64,000 bases of DNA from Patescibacteria group bacterium (lineage in GTDB: Bacteria > Patescibacteriota > Microgenomatia > UBA8517): the NCBI GenBank assembly GCA_035692185.1, contig DASSIE010000010.1, forward strand, positions 2,879 to 66,878, read 5' to 3'. The notes under the pieces are model-generated. The model was not told the DNA's origin and made no database searches. It saw only the letters and a program-made list of their open reading frames with translations. Numbering within the stretch: position 1 is the stretch's first letter; the number at the start of each line of letters is the position of its first letter. A program made the position numbers and the translations under genes. This document shows, piece after piece, positions 57,239 through 64,000 of this stretch.

Positions 57239-58563
57239 TCACAATTTTAATAATAATAATTCTAATTAACGTTTTTGTATTGTCAAAGCTTGTATTTTTT
57301 CCGTATCCTGAACTTTTTATTTATCCATATCTAACTAACCATGGTCTTATTCCTTACACCGACATACTCGACCAACATTTTCCAGGTCTTATTTTTTTTC
57401 CTGTTAACCTTGGAACATTGGGAATGCATTCCCCAGAAATTGCTCGCTATTGGCAGTATGGGGCGGTCGTAATTATCCACCTAATTTTGTATTTAGTTGC
57501 AAAAAAGATACTAGGGCCAAAAAAAGCATTACTCGCAAATTTAATATTTTTAATTTGGCAGCCATATTTTGAAGGATGGGTTCTTTGGATTGATTCGTTT
57601 TTGCCAATTCTAATTCTATCTTCGCTTTATTTTCTAATATCTAAGAAAAACTTTTGGTCAGGATTTTTTCTTGGCGTAGCACTTCTTTTTAAACAAGTAA
57701 TAGCGCCACTTATTGCACTCGTTGGACTTTACATACTTTTTAAAGAAAGAAAATTCAAACCAGCCTTCATATTTAGTCTGGGTGTACTAATACCAACCTT
57801 ATTTTTAATTAAATATGTAAACGATTTAGGCATTTGGAAGGATTTTATTTTTTGGACTGTCACTTTTAATACCGGTGTTTTTGCCGAAATGGGTAGGAAA
57901 TATGGAACAATAAGTGAGATTGCAAGGGTGGTGGGTGTATACGGGTTTGCAGCTTTTTCTTTTTTTGACGAAAAATTTAGAGAGAATACACTTCTGATTG
58001 GAATATTTTTAATAGGATCGCTGGCGAGTGTTTATGCCAGGTTTGATTTTGTACACCTCCAACCGAGTTTGCCATTTGTAGCACTACTAAGCGCGATATC
58101 GATTAATTGGCTTTTAAAAAAGAAATATTTAAAGGTTTTGATTGCAATATACATATTGGTGGCTATTTATTTACTCTCACAATTTTATAAGGGTCTTGTT
58201 GGATCAAAAATTTTTTTCCAGGGAGAAACAGAAAGACGTGTAACACAAGTGGTCCAAAGATTATCAAAAAAGGAAGACAAAATATTTTCTCTTGGAACAA
58301 TGCCGATAGTTTACGAAATGGCAGATAGGCTCCCCCCAGGGAACGTTTTTGTTTTTCAATTCCCTTGGTTTATGACTGTAGCAGAAAACCGTATTTTATC
58401 GGGTATAATTAGTGATCCACCAAAGGTTGTGGTGAGAGACGTCAACGCGGTTGTTGAGGGTAAAAAGCTGATTTTATATATGCCCAAAATTAACGACTAT
58501 ATAAATGAGCATTATAAAGTTATCGATAAAATTGATGAAATTGAAATAATGGTTAGAAAATAA
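57235..58563 (+). CDS. GT-C-fold membrane glycosyltransferase
   Basis: YPE loop, PYTDILDQHFPG, FKQ, HLQP motifs; polytopic. Confidence 0.7.
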   Translation: MITILIIIILINVFVLSKLVFFPYPELFIYPYLTNHGLIPYTDILDQHFPGLIFFPVNLGTLGMHSPEIARYWQYGAVVIIHLILYLVAKKILGPKKALLANLIFLIWQPYFEGWVLWIDSFLPILILSSLYFLISKKNFWSGFFLGVALLFKQVIAPLIALVGLYILFKERKFKPAFIFSLGVLIPTLFLIKYVNDLGIWKDFIFWTVTFNTGVFAEMGRKYGTISEIARVVGVYGFAAFSFFDEKFRENTLLIGIFLIGSLASVYARFDFVHLQPSLPFVALLSAISINWLLKKKYLKVLIAIYILVAIYLLSQFYKGLVGSKIFFQGETERRVTQVVQRLSKKEDKIFSLGTMPIVYEMADRLPPGNVFVFQFPWFMTVAENRILSGIISDPPKVVVRDVNAVVEGKKLILYMPKINDYINEHYKVIDKIDEIEIMVRK

Positions 58564-58566
58564 TAT

Positions 58567-59622
58567 ATGAAAATAGGAATAGATATAAGCCAAATTGTTT
58601 ACGGAACAGGAGTGTCGCTTTACACCAAACAACTGGTGGAAAATTTGCTAAAAATTGATACCCAAAACCAATATGTTTTGTTTGGAGGATCGCTGCGTAG
58701 AAAGCAGGATATTTTAAATTTGTTTCCACAATCAAAGGTATTTCCAATCCCTCCCACACTGGCAGACCTTGTTTGGAATAGATTACATGTAATGCCAGTT
58801 GAGAAGTTGATTGGGGAGATAGATGTTTTGCATACTTCCGACTGGACAGAACCGCCATCTAAAGCTTTTAAAGTAGCTACAGTACACGATCTTTACTCTT
58901 TAAAGTTTCCTAGAATGATAGATCCGTTAATCCGTGAAGTTCACAAAAGAAAGCTAGCATGGGTTTTTAAAGAATCCAGCAGAGTAATAGTTCCTTCAAA
59001 AGCAACAAAAGATGACCTAATAGGTTTTGGGATGGATGAAAATAAAATTAGAGTTATTCAAGAGGCTCCGAATTTAGAAAAAGCCACGAGTGCGGAAGTC
59101 GAGAAAACAAAACAAAAATATGGAATAACAGGGGATTACGTTATTGCTATTGGTATTACAAAACTTAAAAACACAGAAAACATAATTAAAGCCTTTGACT
59201 TAGCCAGACATGGCCAGGATATTAAGTTGTTATTGGTAGGTAGACCAGTAGGAGTAAAGCTCGAAGTGGTACGAAACGTGCGTAATTTGGGGTATATTGA
59301 GTCAGATGAGTTGTCACCCTTATTGACAGGATCAAGAGGGCTTATTTTCCCATCTATATACGAAGGGTTTGGAGTACCAATACTTGAAGCATTTAATTGT
59401 GGAGTTCCTGTTGTTACGTCGAATATCGGTAGCATGCTTGAGGTGGCCGGGGACGCGGCTGTACTTGTTGACCCATATAATGTTAATTCTATCGCTGAAG
59501 GAATAATTAAAGCCCTTAAGGGGCCTAAGGGACTAATTGAGAAGGGTACCTCTCGTGTTAAGCAATTTTCTTGGGAGGACACAGCTAGAAAAACATTGGA
59601 AGTATATATGGAAGCAAAATAA
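58567..59622 (+). CDS. GT4 glycosyltransferase (mannosyltransferase-like)
   Basis: GTGVS.Y, TVHD, PSIYEGFGVPILEA, FSWE. Confidence 0.9.
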   Translation: MKIGIDISQIVYGTGVSLYTKQLVENLLKIDTQNQYVLFGGSLRRKQDILNLFPQSKVFPIPPTLADLVWNRLHVMPVEKLIGEIDVLHTSDWTEPPSKAFKVATVHDLYSLKFPRMIDPLIREVHKRKLAWVFKESSRVIVPSKATKDDLIGFGMDENKIRVIQEAPNLEKATSAEVEKTKQKYGITGDYVIAIGITKLKNTENIIKAFDLARHGQDIKLLLVGRPVGVKLEVVRNVRNLGYIESDELSPLLTGSRGLIFPSIYEGFGVPILEAFNCGVPVVTSNIGSMLEVAGDAAVLVDPYNVNSIAEGIIKALKGPKGLIEKGTSRVKQFSWEDTARKTLEVYMEAK

Positions 59623-59627
59623 AAAAT

Positions 59628-60758
59628 ATGATTATTGGTATTGATGGCAACGAAGCTAATGTTAAGAATAGAGTAGGGGTAAACATGTATGCCTTCAAGC
59701 TCATTTGGAATTTGTGGAAACTACAGGGGGAATGGGAATCTCGTCATAGACTTATAGTTTACTTAAAAAATGAACCACTCCCCGACCTTCCGAAAGAAAC
59801 GCAAAACTTCAAGTATAAAATTGTTTCTGGGGGCGGACTTTGGATAGTTACTAAATTAATTCCAAATCTATTTTTTAGTCGGCCCATGCCTGATATTTTT
59901 TTCTCTCCGAGCCATTACGTTCCGTTTTTATCTCCGACACCGACGATTTGTTCAATTATGGACCTGGGTTACCTCGAATATACGGGACAATTTACTAAAA
60001 AAGACTTTTGGCAGTTAAAACTGTGGACTGCTATTTCAATTTTTGTATCAAAGTCTATCATTGCTATATCAAATAGTACGAAAAATGAGATTGTACGACA
60101 CTACCCATTTTCGAATAATAAAATTTATATTACGCACCTCGCATCTGACATAAGCGAACGAGATATGAATATCTCACCAGCCGATGTGCGACGCATCAAA
60201 AATAGGTACTCCATAGTTGATGACTATGTGCTGTACATCGGAACCTTAAAACCAAGCAAGAACATTGAGGGTTTGATCGAAGCGTTCTCTAAAATTAATA
60301 TTCCAAGTTCAAAAATACAGCTAGTTATTGCCGGCAAGAAAGGTTGGCTCTACGAAACGATTATTGAAAAGGTAAAAAGTTTGAAATTGGAAGATAAGGT
60401 TATTTTTACAGATTATATTAGTGAAGAAGACAAATCGATACTCAGAAAGGGTGCAAAAGTGTTTGTACAACCATCATTTTGGGAGGGTTTTGGAATAGAC
60501 ACCCTATCAGCCATGGCCGTTGGGGTACCGGTTGTTGCATCAAACGCTGGGAGTTTGCCGGAAGTAGTAGGGAACGCGGGAATTTTAGTTGACCCCTATA
60601 ACACGGATAGTATCGCAGGTGGCATTAAAGAGGTGCTTTTAGCTAGTACTTCGAAGTATAATAGTATGGTCAAGGCAGGTGAAGCCCAGGCTAACAAGTT
60701 TTCTTGGGAAAAGTGTGCCCGGGAAACATTAAAAATACTCGAGGCCAGCCAGAGATAA
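59628..60758 (+). CDS. GT4 glycosyltransferase (mannosyltransferase-like)
   Basis: GIDGNEAN..RVGV, GTLKPSKN, PSFWEGFG, FSWEKCA. Confidence 0.9.
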   Translation: MIIGIDGNEANVKNRVGVNMYAFKLIWNLWKLQGEWESRHRLIVYLKNEPLPDLPKETQNFKYKIVSGGGLWIVTKLIPNLFFSRPMPDIFFSPSHYVPFLSPTPTICSIMDLGYLEYTGQFTKKDFWQLKLWTAISIFVSKSIIAISNSTKNEIVRHYPFSNNKIYITHLASDISERDMNISPADVRRIKNRYSIVDDYVLYIGTLKPSKNIEGLIEAFSKINIPSSKIQLVIAGKKGWLYETIIEKVKSLKLEDKVIFTDYISEEDKSILRKGAKVFVQPSFWEGFGIDTLSAMAVGVPVVASNAGSLPEVVGNAGILVDPYNTDSIAGGIKEVLLASTSKYNSMVKAGEAQANKFSWEKCARETLKILEASQR

Positions 60759-60765
60759 TTAAATT

Positions 60766-61362
60766 ATGTTAAAAGACAAAAACGGGAAATCATTATCAAA
60801 TTCTCAAGTTTTACAAAAGGCGGGTAGCCGTATTTATAACTACATACTTGATGTTGAACTTATGGTCTTAAGGTGGGTTGGGTATATACCATCTCATTTT
60901 ATTCGAAAATTTTTCTATCGCCTGGCGGGAATCAAAATTGGAAAAGGTTCAGCAGTCCACATGTGGGCAAATTTCTTTGAACCAAATAATATAAACATCG
61001 GCAACGATACAATTATCGGTGACCGTGTTTTTCTTGATGGTAGGTCAATGCTAACAATTGGAAATCATGTAGATATAGCTTCACAGGTTTTGATCTACAA
61101 TTCAGAACACGATTTAGAAAAAGAGGATTTTTCTGCGCGTACCGAGCCCGTGCAAATCGGTGACTATGTATTTATTGGTCCAAGAGCAATAATTTTGCCG
61201 GGAGTAAAAATTGGGAAAGGTGCAATTATTGCTGCAGGGGCGGTTGTAACAAAAGATGTACAAGATTTTGCAATTGTTGGTGGTGTACCAGCAAAGGAAA
61301 TTGGCGAGCGCACTAATAAAAATCCAAATTACAAACTCGGTCGTCCCCGTCTTTTTCAATAG
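60766..61362 (+). CDS. Hexapeptide-repeat sugar O-acetyltransferase
   Basis: IGNDTIIG, PVQIGDYVFIG, ILPGVKIG, AGAVVTKDV, GGVPAK. Confidence 0.9.
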   Translation: MLKDKNGKSLSNSQVLQKAGSRIYNYILDVELMVLRWVGYIPSHFIRKFFYRLAGIKIGKGSAVHMWANFFEPNNINIGNDTIIGDRVFLDGRSMLTIGNHVDIASQVLIYNSEHDLEKEDFSARTEPVQIGDYVFIGPRAIILPGVKIGKGAIIAAGAVVTKDVQDFAIVGGVPAKEIGERTNKNPNYKLGRPRLFQ

Positions 61363-61367
61363 TCCTT

Positions 61368-61889
61368 ATGAAAAAAGTTGCAAAAATTTTATTTGTTTTG
61401 TTTGGAATTGGGCTATTTGTATATTTAGCTTGGCCTGCACCACTTTTCCCAAAAACATTGTGGGATTTTGAGTCTTCAACCGAACCTGCGGATAAGGAAT
61501 CTCCATTAAGACGTGGATATTACACAAATTTAACTCGAGAGCAATTAATGGACCATTATTCAAAAGAATTTAATTGGGGTCTAAGGCTTAATTACCCACC
61601 TGAGGAAGCAAAAACTATAATAAGAGATCAAACCAAGGCTACATTCCTGGAAGAAATAGTTCACCCAATGCGGGAATCATTGTTTATTGCTGGTAATGAG
61701 CAAAAACCCGGTAAGGGGCTATTCGAGATTAATGGTAATAAGTTTAAGCAAAAAGTAATTGTAAAATATGTTGACTCGAATATTTTTGTTAGAATCGCGA
61801 TTGGAGCTTCTATTATGATCCTGATATGGATACTAGTAATGGAATGGGCAACAACTATAGAAAAAAACAAAAAATGGATCTCTCGATAA
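61368..61889 (+). CDS. Hypothetical protein with N- and C-terminal TM anchors
   Basis: Two terminal hydrophobic helices enclose a ~115-aa soluble loop; tightly packed in the operon. Confidence 0.75.
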   Translation: MKKVAKILFVLFGIGLFVYLAWPAPLFPKTLWDFESSTEPADKESPLRRGYYTNLTREQLMDHYSKEFNWGLRLNYPPEEAKTIIRDQTKATFLEEIVHPMRESLFIAGNEQKPGKGLFEINGNKFKQKVIVKYVDSNIFVRIAIGASIMILIWILVMEWATTIEKNKKWISR

Positions 61890-62779
61890 TAATCACTAGT
61901 TTTAATACAAAAGACCTTTTAACAACTTGTATTAAATCTATTTTCAAATTTACAAAAAATATTAATTTTGAAGTTATAGTCGTAGACAACAATTCTACCG
62001 ATGGGTCAGCCGAAGCAGCCAAGGCTTTAGGTTCAGTCATAATCAAAAATAAAGAAAACCTTGGGTTTGCAACTGCAAACAATCAAGGATTTAAAATTTC
62101 TCGGGGTAAATACATCCTTTTCTTAAACTCTGACACTGAAATTAATGATAATGTTCTTGGGGAAATGATTTCTTGGATGAAAGATAACACAACAGTTGGA
62201 GTTTCTTCGAGTGCACTAAGGAATAAAGACGGAAGTATGCAGGCAACAGGTGGCTATTTTCCAACACTTCCTAGAGTTTTTTCTTGGATGACAATTCAAG
62301 ATCTGCCTTTTGTTGACAATATAATCAAGCCTTTTCACCCATACCACGCCAAATCATTTTTTTCCAAGGGCGACAGTTTTTATAGATCTAAAAAAGAACT
62401 TGATTGGGTAACAGGTGCATTTTTGCTTTGTAGACGGGAGGCTTTAGAAAAAATAAAGGGTTGGGATGAAACATTCTTTATGTATGTCGAGGAAGTTGAT
62501 TTGTGTTTTAGAGTAAAGCAAATGGGGTATTCAATTTGGTACTTACCAAAATGGAATATAACCCACCTTGGAGGGGCAAGTAGTAAAACTAGTGAGTTCT
62601 CTTTAATATCTGAATATAAAGGTGTAATAAAGTTTTACGCAAAACATTACCCCTCGTGGCAACTTCCAATATTAAGGCTAATTCTAAAAATTGGCGCTCT
62701 GGGCAGAATAATACTATTTGGTATACTGGAAGGACCAAGTTCAGCAAAAATATATGCAAAAGCTTTCAGCACTGTTTAA
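61874..62779 (+). CDS. GT2 glycosyltransferase (WbbL rhamnosyltransferase-like)
   Basis: VVDNNSTDGS, NLGFA.ANN, LFLNSD, DWVTGAF, FMYVEEVDLC, HLGGAS. Confidence 0.9.
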   Translation: MDLSIIITSFNTKDLLTTCIKSIFKFTKNINFEVIVVDNNSTDGSAEAAKALGSVIIKNKENLGFATANNQGFKISRGKYILFLNSDTEINDNVLGEMISWMKDNTTVGVSSSALRNKDGSMQATGGYFPTLPRVFSWMTIQDLPFVDNIIKPFHPYHAKSFFSKGDSFYRSKKELDWVTGAFLLCRREALEKIKGWDETFFMYVEEVDLCFRVKQMGYSIWYLPKWNITHLGGASSKTSEFSLISEYKGVIKFYAKHYPSWQLPILRLILKIGALGRIILFGILEGPSSAKIYAKAFSTV

Positions 62780-64000
62780 CAAAACATTCAAATATTTAAT
62801 TGCTGCACTATTAATTATCGTTCCACTTTATCCTAAATTTCCATTTATCCAGATTCCAGGTACTTACGTGGCTATACGAGCAGAAGATTTTTTGCTTGCC
62901 ACAATGGCGATATTTATTTTAGTTAAATTTACTCCAACTATTAAAAAATTTTTGACAGACGATATTGTACGAGCAATGATATTATTCTTAAGTGTTGGGC
63001 TTGTGTCTTTTATTTCTGGAGTATTGTTAACAAAAACGGTAGTTTTTAACATCGGTATTCTCCACTTTTTTCGTCGTATTGAATATTTTATACCTTTTTT
63101 TGCGGCCTTCGCTGTTCTTTATGATAAAAAAGAAAAGAACCTAGAATTTTACTTAAAGGTTTTAATGATTGTTATTTTTGGTGCGTTTATCTATGGATTT
63201 GGCCAGCGTTATTTTAACTTTCCAGTAATAATTACTCAGGACTCTGAATCCTCAAAGGGACTGGCTTTAAGGTGGACTGCTGGGAGCCAAATAACCTCAA
63301 CTTTTGCCGGTCACTATGATCTTGCTGCATTTATGGTTTTGGTTTTACCAATTATTATAAGTTTATATTTTGTTCTTGAGAATAAACTAACAAAATCATT
63401 ACTGTTAATTGTCGCGCTCTCCGGTTTTTGGCTTTTGGTGAGCACTGCTTCAAGGATTTCATTAGCTTCTTATTTGATATCAGCCTGTTTTTCTCTATTT
63501 TTACTTAAAAAATATAAAGGAATTGTTTTTGTGGTTCTAATAAGCATCGTGTTAAGTGGATTTTCATCAAATCTATTCGCAAGGTATAAAAGTTTAATTG
63601 ATGTTTATTCACAAAAAATCATGAATTTAAAGATTGTTGACAATAATCCATTTAGATTTGTTGTTTCAGCCCAGGAGACTACTTTGAATAAGCGTGAAGC
63701 TACTCCAATTCCAGCCCCATCAATACCTGTAGTTGAAGATAGGTCAACTTCAATTAGATTAAATGTTGAGTGGCCACGGGCAATCCGTTCGTTTACAAAG
63801 AATCCCCTGATCGGAACCGGTTATTCATCAATCGGTTTAGCAACAGATAACGACTATTTAAGACTACTGGCAGAAGTTGGTCTATTGGGATTTTTAGCAT
63901 TCATGCTTATAATGGTTAGAATAATGTTTGTTTTTATTTCAGCTTTACCATTAACCCAAAAATTTTCGGGTATTGAACTTGGTTTTATAGCAGGGACAAT
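62754..64000 (+). CDS. O-antigen ligase/Wzy polymerase-like membrane protein (3' truncated; absent from ORF track)
   Basis: Hand translation from ATG 62754: MQKLSALF...VPLYPKFP...IRAEDF...STFAGHYDL...TASR...DRSTSIRLNVEWPRAI...NPLIGTG...TDNDYLRLLAEVGLLG. Confidence 0.75.
   Translation, partial: MQKLSALFNKTFKYLIAALLIIVPLYPKFPFIQIPGTYVAIRAEDFLLATMAIFILVKFTPTIKKFLTDDIVRAMILFLSVGLVSFISGVLLTKTVVFNIGILHFFRRIEYFIPFFAAFAVLYDKKEKNLEFYLKVLMIVIFGAFIYGFGQRYFNFPVIITQDSESSKGLALRWTAGSQITSTFAGHYDLAAFMVLVLPIIISLYFVLENKLTKSLLLIVALSGFWLLVSTASRISLASYLISACFSLFLLKKYKGIVFVVLISIVLSGFSSNLFARYKSLIDVYSQKIMNLKIVDNNPFRFVVSAQETTLNKREATPIPAPSIPVVEDRSTSIRLNVEWPRAIRSFTKNPLIGTGYSSIGLATDNDYLRLLAEVGLLGFLAFMLIMVRIMFVFISALPLTQKFSGIELGFIAGT

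Noticed and set aside
60290-60325. Possible third heptamer tract (KINIPSSKIQ)
   Set aside because: Too degenerate to distinguish from chance.
1-64000. CRISPR arrays, tRNA/rRNA, IS elements, intrinsic terminators
   Set aside because: Intergenic gaps are all under about 70 bp; I saw no repeat-spacer pattern, transposase or GC hairpin with a U tract.

Overview
The window is an AT-rich, very densely coded 64 kb cell-surface glycosylation locus of about 56 genes, open at both ends. By my count it has about 18 polytopic GT-C-fold membrane glycosyltransferases (ArnT/PMT-like, PIG-V-like, GT87/PIG-M-like, AftD/YfhO-like, STT3/AglB-like and a Wzy/O-antigen-ligase-like protein), 11 GT2 and 7 GT4 domains, 10 SAM methyltransferase domains and two hexapeptide O-acetyltransferases. 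There are two Wzx-type flippases, one broken by a single in-frame TAA. The few nucleotide-sugar enzymes are GDP-mannose 3,5-epimerase-like, GDP-mannose mannosyl hydrolase-like Nudix, CDP-tyvelose-epimerase-like, UDP-GlcNAc 2-epimerase-like and SDRs. Gene content, scarcity of Shine-Dalgarno motifs and overlapping genes suggest a Patescibacteria (CPR, Microgenomates-like) genome; this is inference, not verified. I found no RNA genes, CRISPR arrays, mobile elements or clear terminators. Most notable: (1) an apparent polyprenyl-phosphate-sugar, extracytoplasmic glycan assembly line; (2) an epimerase-methyltransferase-GT2 triple fusion behind a bidirectional promoter with a palindromic operator-like site; (3) STT3-like paralogs lacking WWDYG; (4) a duplicated mini-ORF relay in front of the broken flippase; (5) in-gene heptamer repeats. 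All family calls come from motif recognition by eye; no searches were run.
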